The notes under the pieces: generated by a model
Seen by the model: the letters and a program-made list of their open reading frames with translations, nothing else
Database searches by the model: none
Told to the model about the DNA's origin: nothing
In this document: in pieces, positions 37,001 to 50,351 of the stretch
Layout of the letters: every line of letters starts with the position of its first letter
Numbering within the stretch: position 1 is the stretch's first letter
Position numbers and translations under genes: made by a program
Assembly: GCF_004010195.1 (NCBI RefSeq)
Contig: NC_057718.1
Coordinates: forward strand, 53,429,413-53,493,412
Length of the DNA: 64,000 nucleotides
Direction: 5' to 3'
Source of the DNA: Chiloscyllium plagiosum
Lineage: Eukaryota

Positions 37001-40000
37001 TAAATATGTCAAGTACCATTGTGTAATCCCCAACTGTCAAATGCTTCTGATGCTTCATTAGCTGGAAATGCCAATTTGAACATTGTTGCTCCTTTGCACT
37101 CACAAGGTCATTCTTTTATGCATTCATGGTGTTTTGGAGTCTTTGGCAAGTCACTATACAACCCTGAAGGTCCTTGAGAATATGATAGTCAGCTGGTTGA
37201 ATACAAATGAGTGTCCGATTAAACTATTTCCGAGGACGGGTAAGAGTTAACTTCATTGGTGTTGGCCTTTACTAGATAAGGTCAAATTGGGTGAGGACAC
37301 CTTCCCTGAACTACTTTTGTGAATCAGATGGGATTTTTATGCAAATCATATAAATTCATAGTCAATATTACTAATATGCACATTTTATTCCAAATTTTTA
37401 TTTAATTAACTGAATTTGAATTTTGAACTTATGGCTCCACGTCACCAGTTCGGACCTTGGGTCATTAGTCCAGCAGCATGATGCCATAACCCTTATGTTT
37501 CCAACAATGTGGAGTAACCTTTAAAGTAAATGCACCATGAAGAATTAAATGGAGTACACAATCACATTGAAAATTGTCAGAGTTAGCATTAGAAGCAAAC
37601 AGTATAAAAGACTGATGTTAATCTGCTGAAGACTGTAAACAATTATTAGAGACTTCAATATGCTTGACATTCTGATACTAACATGGATGTCAAGTTTGGT
37701 AACTGTTGAACAGAGAAGAAAACAAACCTTGTTTCTCCAGCTATGACCTCTGCAGTATGATTTAAGTGACTATCCATGTTCCTATGTACCTAAGGAGGAG
37801 CTGTTAGCAAGGTTGTGTTTTTTATAATGGTCCTGTGGTGCCAGAAGATGATGCAGGAGTGCACCTCCCAGCTCCACAGCCCTCTTGATGACCATGGTGA
37901 GCCTGTATTCAGATCCTCTTACTCTCCAAAACCTTTCCAAGGATTCATCTTAAGGTTGCCAGTTATTAATTTGGCTTGAAATTGAAGGTCTAAAATGAGC
38001 AAGTTGCCTCTGGAAGCTAAGCACTGTCAACACCCATAACCTGCTTGAATGAGTCATGTGGAACAAATTATTGAGAGCCTTCAGTCTCTCATTTGGTTAA
38101 TACTGCACTGGTTATATGCTTGTAAATGGACTGCAGCCAGCTTCATTTGCACCATAAACTAATTTCACATCTTCACTGAACTATGTGATCTGTCTGTCTA
38201 TGCTTAACTTAACACCCTGCGAGAGAAATTTCACAGCAGACAGGTATTCATTAGTATAACAGCAACTCTTGATTGAGAATTACTAGCTTTCAAATTAATT
38301 ACATGAAGAAAATTATATGCTTTAGTTTAAAGTGGCATTACCAAGAATTCTCACCAGGAGTGGGAGCAAAAACTATGTAATGAGTCTAGCAGGCATTTCA
38401 GAAGGGAAAGAATTTCCACAAAAAACAATTAATTGTCAGCTGCTTTGATTCTGATTTTTATGCAGGAAAGACTTGATAAAGCTCAAAGATCTAAATTGCA
38501 AATATATACAATGTATAAAACATAAAGAGTTTTCAGGTAATGAATTTTTTTTTGTTAAAAGAGTTCAAAATTGTGTAAAGTAAGTGGTGAAAATAATGTT
38601 TTATTTGGTAGAAGTGATGAAGAATAGTGGACATAGATTTAAAGGTTATTAACAAACACCAGAAGTGACATAGGAAAGTTTTTTTTATGCAATGAGTTGT
38701 GATGCACTGGATTGCACTGACAAATGAATGGCAGAAACAGATTCTATTATGACACAGAAAAAGGCTTGAAAGGAAAAAAATAATGCAAAGTTCTGGAGAA
38801 AGTACAGGAGGAGGGATTCATTGTGAACCAAAAAGCTTACTTCTATGCCACATTTTTTGATTTTTTTTTTAAATGACTCTTTAACCTTTTCATATTCAAG
38901 CCTCTCTCCCCAGATCTAAACATAAACAATTTCTGCAACAGTTATCAATCTCCAAAATACTTAACCAAAATGCTTTCTCGGTACAGTTTATCAGGGGCCA
39001 GATGTTGGGGTGATTTGTTCACTATCAGGAGTATCTCCTTTCTCTTAATGATACAAACTTCGCCCTCAATGCACTTCTTTAGGAGTGCAGATTGAGAATG
39101 TCTATTCCCTCTCAAATGCTACTCAGAAAGTTACAGAAGTGCAATCTTCTCTTTCACAGCCTCCATTTGTTATTAGCTGAACATGAATATCTATTCTTCA
39201 GGCTCCCAGTTATATCACTGAGTTTAGTCTTTCCTTGCAGTCATGAGTAATCATTTCTCAGAAGACTTGAGACACTACTTGTATACCTTTATATTTCCTG
39301 AGTTTATTGATAGCTATTGAAAGAGTGCCATGTATTTAGATTGCATCTTCTGCAAATGTTTTTGCCCTATTCTAAAGCCTTCCTAACACTGTCCTTCATG
39401 CAGGCATTTTCTTTCTGATATTAAATTACTTGATACGAAGGTCCTTTTCAATACATGAGAGATCAGAACATGATTTAATCTTTGTGCTGTCTTGAATACT
39501 CATTTAATGACAGCAGAAAATTCTTACCCCTACCAAGGTTGCATTTAAACCTGTTTTAGATTTTCCCTCGGTAACTTGAACTAATGCCCAATTGATGGTG
39601 CAGCCATGCCTTTGACGGTCACTTGTGGTGTGAATGTCTAGATCAGCAGGATGAAGAAGCAACAACTAATGATTATTACAGATGTTAATCTGACTGGATC
39701 CAATTGCCTGGGTCTTTCCTTTCCCAAGCTGAAATCTTTCTATCTATCAATGTGCATCTTCCATCAGAATTAGCAAAACTGTACAGCCGTAACTGTTGAG
39801 GCTGCATTTATTGCTATGCAGGCATCGTTTCTTTGTGCTTCATATTTCTTGTGGAGTAGAGTAGTCACACATTCATCACAAAATAATTCAACACCTAAAA
39901 ACTCTTTATTTTTGTACGTAATGTATTTGCAAGTTACGTACTTGCAAAAGGATCCTAATACTTAGTACAAATGTCTGATGACATTATCTGCATTTTTGGC

Positions 40001-40007
40001 AGACCGT

Positions 40008-40595
40008 AAAGTCACAAGATCTTACAGCACGGAAACAGACCCTTCGGTCGAATCGGTCCATGTTGATCATGATCCCAAAGTAAAATAGTTCCAAATGCCC
40101 ATGCTTGACCCATATCCCTCTAACCATTTCTTGTTCATGTACTTATCCAAACGTCTTTCAAATGCTGTAACTGTACCCGCATCCACCACTTTTTCCTGGA
40201 AGTTCATTCTACACAGAAACTTCTCTCTTGTGTAAAAAACATTGCCCCTCATGTCTTTCTTAAATCTCTCTCCTCTCACCTTAAAAATATACCCCTAGTC
40301 TTGAAATCCCCAACATTAGGGAAAAGACACCTGCCATTCTCCTTATCTATACCTCTCGTGATATTGGTAAGCTCTATAAGATCACCCCTGAATCCCCTCC
40401 ACTCCAGTGAAAAAAGTCCCAGCCTATCCAGCCTCTCATTATAACCCAAACTCTCCATTCCTGGCAATGTCCCAGTAGATTTTTTCTGAATCCTCTCCAG
40501 CTTAATAATATCCTTCTTTTAATAGGGAAATGAGAACTGGACACAATACTCCAGAAGAGATCTCACCAATATCCCATACAACCTTAACATGATGA
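40008..40595 (-). mobile_element. CR1 LINE 3' fragment
   Basis: LRLYGILVRSLLEYCVQF, RLGLFSLEWRGFRGDLIE, FERRLDKYMN. Confidence 0.88.
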
Positions 40596-40810
40596 CCCAA
40601 CAAGACCAATTTGTGGAACAATCCATAAATAAGGTCAAAAGATTCTGGTTAATTGTCACTTTGATTCTCTGCACCATTTCCACTCCGACTTGTTTGTCAT
40701 CAAGCTCCTGCTCTATTTCAATGAAACTCAAAGCTAAAATTAAGAAGCAGCACCTGATCTTCTTAGAAAGAACATCACAGCCTTCGGGATCCCATATTGA
40801 GGCTCCTATT
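40596..40810 (+). mobile_element. Degenerate PLE endonuclease C-terminal fragment
   Basis: KIKKQHLIFLERTSQPSGSHIE parallels LKEEYLIFCQGTLQTNSINIG of the PLE at 9612-10329. Confidence 0.55.
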
Positions 40811-42157
40811 TTAATTTGTGGGCTAGGTACACTGAGGTGAGAGAATTCCTGGCTTTGCAAACTTGACTTCTGAAAATGGTCACCCTTTCTCCTGATCATT
40901 GGTCATGGGGGCAGATTTGATAGGAAACCAGGTCAGGCAGTCCAGGAATAGCTGAAGAGGTTGTCTGTTCCTGGAGCTGACTGGGTGGAAAGGATGTCTC
41001 TGAGTTCCATCATTGTGTACAAAAATTTAAATAAAATGCTACAATAGAAACTATTTCTGCTGCCCTCACCCCTCATACCAGCCTCACATCTCCTCATCCT
41101 CATGCACTCCCCATATCCCACCCATGCTAAGCCCCGTCTGTGTTATACTCTCTATTGATACCCCTGATCCATCTCCCTATCATCTAACCATGCACAAGGC
41201 CCCACATACATTGCTCTGACCCTCTACCTGTGTCCCATGATTCCTATGGCAATTTAGTGCTCACTTCCACAGAGTACCTTTTCCCCTTCACATAAAATGC
41301 CAACTTACCTCATACTTAAAACTACCACAGCACACAAGAGGAAATATAAAGTTCAATCATTTAAAGTTGCATATTCAGACTACATTGATTTGGGGAGAAA
41401 AACAACACAAATTCATAAAAACACAGTTTGATAAACCTTAATGACATTGACATTTCTTGATTAGTCTTGATAGGCTTGGCACTTCTTGGCAGATGTGGAA
41501 CCAAACAATTCTTGACAATTTTGACACTTGCTGACAAGTATTGAGAGGTCTTTTATGGGGTTTATAGTATCAACTTAACTGTAGAGAAAACTGTGTGTAG
41601 AAAGGTACATCTTTTATGCACAATCCCCTCCACAGTTAATAGTTCCACAGAGTTCCCGATTCTTCCTTCCCTAAAAATACGTATCACTTCACTAATCTGT
41701 TTCTGAACTCCCTCCAAAATATTTACAAAGTCATGTGCTTCTGAGAAATGTGCAATTGTGAGACTTGAGCGGAAGCCATCCCTCCCTCGCAGAAATGGGA
41801 AGGATCATGTTTAGTAGCAGGACTTGCGATTTTGTGCCACTTTCACCCAATTTGCCAGCTTGCAGAGGCTTTTCAATGTGGCAAAAATATCTGGATCTGA
41901 GTTCAATCAGCTCAGATCAGAATCTCTGTTTCTATTTTAGCAGTCAGTCACTAATGGTGATGATTCTGCTATTCCTATTTCCACCTGATCTCGACTCATC
42001 TAGACTTGTTTCTTTAGTTATCACATTATCATCTCCTTTTCCCTCGTACCATTATCCTAATTGTCATTTAACCTTTCCTGACAAATATCCCATCACATGT
42101 TTTCCTTTTTTGTGCTTTACCCTCTCCCCCTTTCACTGCTTCTGAACTTACTTAAAA

Positions 42158-42318
42158 TCTGTCACATCACTAACTTTTTCCCATTTTAGGTGTTGATTGA
42201 CCTCTGAGTATTTCCAACATTTTCTGCTTTTATTTCAGTCTGTCACATCACTAACTTTTTCCCATTTAGGTGTTGATTGACCTCTGAGTATTTCCAACAT
42301 TTTCTGTTTTTATTTCAG
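42158..42318. repeat. Tandem duplication of an ~80-bp unit
   Basis: TCTGTCACATCACTAAC...TTTTATTTCAG at 42158-42238 and 42239-42318, with two differences. Confidence 0.95.
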
Positions 42319-42520
42319 ATTTCCAATATCCATTTTGCTAATGTACCTTGTCAAATCTTGTGATTTTCTACAATACAATCCATAACAAGAGTATAAAAGA
42401 ATCATGGTTTGCTGTTTACTGTATAATCTTGAAGGAGAAAGTGAGGACTGCAGATGCTGGAGATCAGAGCCGAAAATGTGTGGCTGGAAAAGCGCAGCAG
42501 GTCAGGCAGCATCCAAGGAG

Positions 42521-42568
42521 CAGGAGAATCAACGTTTCGGGCATGAGCCCTTCTTCAGGAAGTTCCTG
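42521..42568 (-). ncRNA. Minimal type I hammerhead ribozyme motif (GUU triplet)
   Basis: Minus strand CTGAAGA-A-GGGC-TCAT-GCCC-GAAA-CG-TT-GATTCTCCTG. Confidence 0.6.
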
Positions 42569-42603
42569 AAGAAGGGCTCATGCCCGAAACGTCGATTCTC
42601 CTG
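42556..42603 (+). ncRNA. Minimal type I hammerhead ribozyme motif (GUC triplet)
   Basis: CUGAAGA at 42566-42572, helix II GGGC/GCCC, GAAA at 42586-42589, palindromic ACGU helix III, predicted cleavage after C42593. Helix I is CAGGAAGUUC/GAUUCUCCUG with an internal loop. Confidence 0.7.
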
Positions 42604-43002
42604 CTCCTTGGATGCTGCCTGACCTGCTGCGCTTTTCCAGCCACACATTTTCAGCACTGTATAATCTTGCCCTGGAATGGAGGCAAGAGTAAAGCACAGA
42701 TGGACAAGGATCCTTGCCTGTATGAGCAAGAAGACAAGTGGCAATGGAATGTAAGAGGTCTAACAGTTGCAGACAATTTCAATGTCTTTTTTTTAAATTC
42801 ACTCATGGATGTGGACATCACTGGCTGGGCCAGCATTTATTGTCCATCTCTAGTTGTCCTGGAGAAGGCGCTGGTGAACTGCCTCAGAAATGATCCTTTT
42901 TCCCCTGCACTAACACTCATATTGAGGCTTTAGTGCAGTCCTTCCATCCATCATAAGCTACATTTGCCCAATGACCAATATTAACATTCATGTCACCTTG
43001 GG

Positions 43003-43315
43003 GGATGGCACGGTGGCTCAGTGGTTAGCACTGCTGCCTCGCAGCGCCTGGGACCCACGTTCGATTCCAGCCTCGGGCAAACGTCTGTGTGGAGTTTGCA
43101 AATTCTCCCCGTGTCTGCGTGGGTTTCCTCCGGGTGCTCTGGTTTCCTCCCACAGTCCAAAGATGTGCAGGTTAGGTGAATTGGCTATGCTAAATTGCCC
43201 ATAGTGATAGGTGCATTAGTAGGGGAATGGGTTTGGGTAGGTAACTCTTCAGAGGGTCGGTGTGGACGTGTTGGGCCGAAGGGCCTGTTCCTGCATTGTA
43301 GGGAATCTAATCTAA
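43003..43315 (+). mobile_element. HE1-type SINE, young (CpGs retained)
   Basis: A-box, B-box GTTCGATTCC, and tail GGGAATCTAATCTAAA. Confidence 0.9.
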
Positions 43316-44043
43316 ATTGCAGGAACTCTCTGCATATGAAGATTGCAATTTTATGCCTTTATCTGTCACTGTTAATAAGCCCCTAGTGCCTGCCTTAAAT
43401 GTTTCTAACTCACTCCTGTGAAGTCATTGCCCAGTGACCACAGTCAGGAGGTAGTGAATGGCAAAAGGCTCTGGAGAGGTATAGACCATAGAAAGATAAT
43501 TCAACCCACTGAAACTATTCCCCTTCAAATGTTTGTTCTTATCATTGTTTTACCAATTTTCAAAATGTCAGCACCAGAAACATCAAGATTTGACTCTAAT
43601 GAAACAATTGTATCAGTTAATTGAATTGAAGAAATAAGTAATGGTGAATTGCTACAAATCTATAAAGATATGTGTTTTTATAGATTCACCTCATTAGGTT
43701 GGGAAAACAGTCAATAAAATTTAAAGAAAAATAACACCACATTTAGGAACATCTTCACAGTGTTACTACAAAATCATTCCAATCCTGCAGCCCTTCATTA
43801 ATTGTGTGTTTCTCGTAAGAATTAACGAAATTGATTGTTTTGTTTCATGCAGTGCAACCCATTTAATTTGAACTGGGCACATTTTGGCAACCATTGGATT
43901 TCTTTGAAACTTGGGAGTTTGGCTGACTTTGAATTGTTAATTAGATTTTTTGAATACTTAGTTTAAAAGACTACAGACATTGAAGGGACTGGAGACATCC
44001 CTATAGGGAGTGCTTGGGTGAAGACATTCCCAATTTCTCTTAA

Positions 44044-44230
44044 AACACACAAAAACTGAGATTTGCTGGTGAAATCCAGCAGGTCTGGCAGGGTCTGTTG
44101 AATTGGACCCAAAACGTTAATTCTGCTTTCTCTTCACAGATGCTGCCAGGTGTGTTGAGTTTCTCCAGCAATTTCTGTTTGTGTCTTTCGACACAAAACA
44201 TCTCCAACATCTGCAGTTCCTAGTTTTATT
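44044..44230. mobile_element. Older fold-back PLE-terminus element of a different subfamily
   Basis: TTGCTGGTGAAATCCAGCAGGTCTGGCAG is inverted against CTGCCAGG...TTTCTCCAGCAA, with extension CTCCAACATCTGCAG and similar flanks TTCTCTTAA. Related half-copies lie at ~45120-45225 and ~55605-55690. Confidence 0.55.
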
Positions 44231-44411
44231 CCAACTTCTCTTAATTGCTGTTAAAGGTAAGAAATGCTAAATTTTCAATTTTCTACAAAGTGACTGTCTT
44301 TAATCCAACTGATAAAATCTATTGACAGAAGATTGGACATGACAGAGAAGGACAATTTAGATTTGCCAGCCACCTGAGTTTTGTTTGAAAGATTTGTGAA
44401 TCATCTAGAAA

Positions 44412-44562
44412 AGATAGGTTCTTAATTACTAAGGGAATCAAGGGTTATGGGGAGAAGGCAGGAGAATGGGGTTGAGAAACATATCAGCCATGACTGAAAG
44501 GCAAAGCAGTCTCATTGGGTAAAATGGGTAATTCTGCTCCCATATCTTATGATCTCATGATC
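44412..44562 (+). mobile_element. CR1 3' tail fragment
   Basis: Homologous to 6040-6180. Confidence 0.75.
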
Positions 44563-46045
44563 TCATTCCAGTCATAATCCCCATTGATGCTGCACCTCTG
44601 GAGCAGATTTCAGGCATAGCTTTAAAGGCCAAGCAGTTCTTCTATATCAAATAGGATTTCAAACTAAAGTTACAATATTTGACCGGAACTGGGCCAAGTG
44701 GTTGTTGGACACAATTCACCCAATTCTCCAAGAAACTGAATGGTCTAACCAGAGTTCGATAAAGTGATTACCGGAAGTTGTTGAGAAAAAAAGCCCTCTC
44801 CATTTCTCTTGTGGGTTCACCAAAACGGACAGATAGACCACTGTTATTGATCATTTCAACATTATCCTGCAACCGCCTTGTCCCTTCAGGCCTGACATGT
44901 CACCCAACTGAGTGTGGGAGCTTACCAGTCTTGCAACTCCCCTTCATTGGAGAATTGTTACCACTGATCATGTTGATCTTAATATGAATGGATGGGTGCG
45001 GCAGGCTTGTTCCAGCAAAGTAATTGTGGACAATCCTCAAAAATCTCCCACTGGACCTCATGGATAGGATTTGAGAACTCTGACAATATGCATTACAGGG
45101 GGTGAACAGATAAAGCAATCGGAAACAAAAACATAAATTGTTGGCGAGTGTCAGCAGATCTGGCAGCACTTGTGCAGGGAAAGCAGAGTTTAACAGTCCA
45201 GGTCCAGTGAGTCTTCCTTAGAACTGGCAAGCTTTGTTTCACACGCAGCTAGCCACTTGCAAGTTATAAGATTTAATATTGCGTTGTGTTATGTGAGACA
45301 GTTTAATGGGTTCTTATCAAATTCCATATGCTACTTTATCAGAGGCAACAACCCATTTGATATTAACATGTTCATATTGAGATTAACTGAGTGAACACAG
45401 AAACTTGAACCAAACATTCTTCAGTAGCATAATCTTATCCTGTTCATACACATATTTTCTTTTAAAATTGTATATTTTTGACTTGCCATCCACCATTCTG
45501 CAGTACCATGCAGAACTCCTGCCAAAAAAGAAAAACCAGCAACCTGCTCCCAACCCTTTGCCAGTGCTGGCTTGAGCTAATCAGGAAGTGGTGTACAGGA
45601 GCATTGGAGCAGCTTGTTATTTATTTCTCTTTCCTGTTCTGAAGATGTGTTTCACATGGAATAGGCATCTTTCCCAGATTTCCCAGCTGAAACTGACTAC
45701 TACATGCATGACTAATGTTTCAGGCAAGTCCACTCAGTGAATTTAGTCAATTTTGCTTTATTAATGGGCAGTCTGTTCAAAATTGGGTTTTGACTGACTA
45801 GGGTCAATTGTCAAAATAAATGTGGCCAAATTTTGTGTTATTCAGATTCAAAATTCAGCATCAATGATTGACTTTGACACCAAACAATGGACGTGAGAAA
45901 TTTCACAAATATAAATATCATAAATGTATAACTAAAATGTTATATATTTTACAATAAAAGCTCATCTTATCTTTAAGCTGGGCATAAGCGGCTGGTATGT
46001 TATAGGGATCTGAGCAAGGTGGACTATGGTGAGATGTTTAGTAAC

Positions 46046-49000
46046 TTTTTTTATTTCAAAAATATACTTTATTCATAAAATATATTGATGAACTGTACAA
46101 TTGGTCATGCCATACATACGTAAGCATTCCATTTCTTTGCATTCAGAGATAGAGTAATAATTCGTATATACAAGTCTGTACATTGACTATCCAGCTATTC
46201 TGCTGAGGCGTCAGCGGAGCCCACTTGCTGCGTGGGCCCCCTGTTCTTTGGCAGACAGATGTTACATGGTGGTGTTTCCCCACCGCACCTTGGCGGCAGC
46301 TGCCCCGAGCTTCAGCACATCCCTCAACACGTAGTCCTGGACCTTGGAATGTGCCAGTCTGCAACAGTCAGTCGGGGTCAGCTCCTTCAGCTGGAAGATC
46401 ACCAGGTTTCGGACAGACCAAAGAGCGTCCTTCACCGAGTTGGTGATCCTCCAGGCACAGTCAATGATTGTCTCGGTGTGCGTCCCGGGGAACAGGCCGT
46501 AGAGCACGGAGTCCCGCGTCACAGAGCTGCACGGGACGAACCTCGACAAACACCACTCCATTCCTCTCCAGACTTCCTCTGCATAGACACATTCCAGAAG
46601 GAGGTGTGTGACAGTCTCATCCCACCACAGCCGCTTTGAGGGCAGAATGTGGTACGGCAGAGAGTCTGGGCCTGCATAAAGGATCTCACAGGCAGAGCCC
46701 TCCTCACCACCAGCCAAGCCATGTCGTGGTGCTTGTTGGAAAGTTCTGGCAATGAGGCATTCTGCCAAATGACTTTGACAGTCTTCTCAGGGAACCGCTC
46801 GATAGGATCCACCCTCTCCTTTTCCCGAAGGGTCTCAAGGACACTACGTGCTGACCACTTCCTGATGCACTGGTGGTCAAAAGGTGTTTTTCTTCATAAA
46901 TTTCTCCACGAAGGACAGATAATATGGAACGGTCCAACTACTTGAAGCGTTCCACGGCAGTGAGGCCAGGCCCATCCATCGCAACACCGGGGACAGGTAG
47001 AACCTTAGTACGTAGTGACACTTTGTGTTTGTGTACCGGGGATCCATGCACAGCTTGATGCAGCCACAAACAAAGGTGGCCATCAGGGTGAGGAAAGCAT
47101 TGGGTGTGTTTTTTCACCCATTGCCAGAGCTTTGTACAGCGAGTCCCTTCGGACCCGGTCCATCTTTGATCTCCACACAAAATGGAAGATGGCAAGGGTG
47201 ACTGCGATGGCACAGGTTCTGAGAATAGGCCTGACCTGTGCCACATATAAAAACACTGACAGTGCCTCACACCTGATGACCAGGTTTTTACCCGCGATGG
47301 AGAGCGACCGTAGCTTCCATCTGCCCAGTTTCTGCCTCACTTTCTTGATATGCTCCCCCCAAGACTTGGCACATGCCCCAGCCCCTCCAAATCAAATACC
47401 CAGCACCTTCAGGTGGTCAGTCCTGATGGTGAAGGGGATGAAGGATTAGTCGGCCCAGTTCCCGAAGAGCATGGCCTCGTTCTTGTCTCGGTTTACCTTG
47501 CCCCTGAGGTCCATTTGAACTGGTCACATATGCACAAGATTCTGTGCAAGGACAGTGGATCCAAACAGAAAACGGCGACATCAACCTGCAGGCCCCCGCT
47601 GCCAGGAATAGTCACCTCTCTCAGGCTCGCATCCTTCCTGATGGACTCAGCAAATGGCTCTATGCAGCACATAAACAAGGCAGGAGAGAGAGGGCAGCTC
47701 TGCCTGACTCCAAATCTGACTGGGAAGCTATCTGATTCCCACCCATTGATGGAGACTGCACTGACAATGTTGGTGTAGAGCTGTCTGATCCAATTGCAGA
47801 TTCCCTCCCCAAAGCCCATTTTGGAGAGAACATCTCTCATATACGTATGTGATATCCTCTCAAAGGCTTTCTCCTGGTCCAAGCTGGTGAGGCAGGTGTC
47901 CAAACCCCTGTCCTGCACGTAGGCCATCGTATCCCTGAGGAGTGCGAGACTCTCAGCGACCTTCCTGCTCAGTATAGCACAGGTTTGGTCGGGGTGAATC
48001 ACTGACCCCAGAGCAGACCTGACCCGGTTGACGATGACCTTTGCCAAGGTTTTGTAATCCGCATTTAATCGTGAGATTGGTCTCCAATTTCTGATTTCCT
48101 CCCTCTCCCCCTTCCGCTTGTAGATGAGGGTGATGATGCCTTTCCTCATGGATTCACTCATGGTACCTGCCCGAAGCATACTGACATACACCTCCAGCAG
48201 GTCCTGGCCAATCACGTCCCACAGAGCAGAATAGAGCTCGACCGGTAAGCCATCGCTTCTGGGAGTTTTATTCTTTCCGAAGGACCCGAGGGCCTTGGTC
48301 AGCTCGTCCAGAGATAGCGGCTGGTCCAGCCTCTCCCGTGTTCTGTCATCTAAGACCTCAATGATAGCGGACAGGAACAACTGGGAGGCTGCGCTGTCGG
48401 TCGGCTTTGAGTCAAACAGACTGACATAGAAGGATTTGCTGATCTTCATGACGTCAGCCTGAGTTGATGTTACTGAGCCATCTTCTTCCTTCAGGCTGCT
48501 GAGCACAGAGCTTTCTTTGTGCACCTTCTGGAAGAAGAAACATGAGCAAGTCTCGTCCTGCTCCACGGAGCGGACCCTGGACTGGAAGAATATCTTGGAG
48601 GCCTCCGAGGCAAAGAGCGAGGCTTGTTGGCCCTTCACCTCCTGGAGGTCCTCCGTGACATCGACCCCCAACGTCTGAAGCAGGAGCAGGTTCTGCATAC
48701 TTTCCTGGAGCTGGGACAGTTTTCCCTGCCTCTCTCTCACCTCTTGAACACCTTTGAAGATGAAGAACCTCTTGATGTTCCCTTTTACTGTTTCCCACCA
48801 GTCCGCTGGGGACTCAAAGAGGGGCTTCACGGTTCTCCAACCTGCGTAATCCCTCGAGCTCCTCAATGTTTCTCGGGGTCAACAGCTTTGTGTTCAGCTT
48901 CCACGTTCCTTTACCAGCCTGCTGCTCATCCTGTAGGTGACAGTCGGCCAGCAGGAGGCAGTGGTCAGAAAAGAACACTGGCTTGACGTCAGTGGATCTG

Positions 49001-49194
49001 ACCGAGAACGTTCGAGACACAAACAGATAATCTATCCTTGAGCGTATAGACCTGTCTGCCTGTGACCAGGTGTATCTACGCTGTGCTCCATCTGCAGGGG
49101 TGCTGGTGATGTCGTGTAGCTTGGCACCTTTGACCATTTCCATCAGGACTCCGGACGTGGTGTCCAGTTTACTGTCCCTCCCGCCAGCTCGACC
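46046..49194 (-). mobile_element. Tx1-clade LINE, 5'-truncated, disrupted ORF2 (APE endonuclease end, RT, CCHC), 20-bp TSD
   Basis: YTWS...SRIDYLFVS...SDH; NWRPISRLNADYK, LDQEKAFERISH, GVRQSCPLSPALF; CPQSGC/ETVTHLLLEC. 3' end AATAAAGTATATTTTGAAATAAAAAAA. TSD ATGGTGAGATGTTTAGTAAC at 46026-46045 and 49195-49214. Confidence 0.95.
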
Positions 49195-50351
49195 ATGGTG
49201 AGATGTTTAGTAACACTGGACAAGAAAACCACATCAACATCAAGTTCCATCTCATTTCATCTTTTATATTGTTCACAAGTGGCAATGGTGACATTACTGT
49301 TAGGTGGTGGTGAGGTGCAAATTGAGAGGGATTAATACTTGTTAAATGCCACAGCTTGCCTCATTAATATTTATTCTCTCATCTTACTGAACTCTCCAAA
49401 TAAGCTAGTTACTGGGAAAACCTGACAAGGAAACCAGACTGGGTACCAGGCCAATTCTACACAGTGTTTGCTCCAAACAAAATTTTCATTAGCCACAACC
49501 ATACTGCAGTCCAGGGCATAGCCAACGGGCACCAGGCACAAACTCACCACTTCCACGGGATATTGACATCTGAAACCAGCCAACCCACCAAACCATGCTG
49601 GCAGTTGTAGCATTCAATAGCACTGCAGGGCATGCCATCAACTAGCACTGAAAGCAGCAAGACGCTGCACAAAGGCTCAGGCACCCAGCTCACAGACAGA
49701 ACCAGGCTGCATTGAAGGGATACTTGATAGTTCTCGGAGTACTCGATCACCTAGTTCCAACCTGCACAGCCGCAGCATCCATACCATGCCATTCACTGCC
49801 AATTGGCACAAAAAAAGAAAGAGACAGTTTGCCTCACTGGTCAGCAGGTCTCAGACTAGAGAGGTGCAAATCTTGCAATATAATAGTGTGTTGCATCAGT
49901 CTCACATCTGAACAATGTGTCAGCAGCTTATATTACAGTCAATCTGTGTTCAGCAAGCAAAGTCTTAAAGTGTGGGAAGAGAATTCCTCACTGAAGTTTA
50001 TGGAAACACGTATCAATCAGGTGGTGTCACCATAGTATGTGAAGGGAATTGACCACATCCAGGCATCTGGTTGGGGTTTAAATCAAGCAAGGAGTCCATG
50101 CCTCTGCTGTTCAGGGAGTGGATCATGGTAAATCCATTGGCTCTGTAGCACAAAATCCAAGAGGTGTGCCTAATGTGGTCATGGCGATATATATATACAC
50201 CATTCAGATGTCTGGACATGTTTTGCCTCGAGCTGTGCAGTCATGTTGGCTGACAGGGTGAGCCACAGTCAGTCTGTTGGGTCTGTCAGCAGAACCTAAC
50301 AGGGAAGGTTGTACCATCTCAGCTGCGGCCATGGGACTAACTGTCTTGGAT

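Larger units (their letters stand above)
42432..42655. mobile_element. Young fold-back PLE-terminus mini-element with 14-bp TSD
   Basis: Near-perfect ~90-bp inverted arms. TSD ACTGTATAATCTTG at 42418-42431 and 42656-42669. Confidence 0.9.

Noticed and set aside
47493..48866. 457-aa ORF as a functional reverse transcriptase
   Set aside because: Part of a 5'-truncated Tx1 copy with frameshifts and no YxDD motif.
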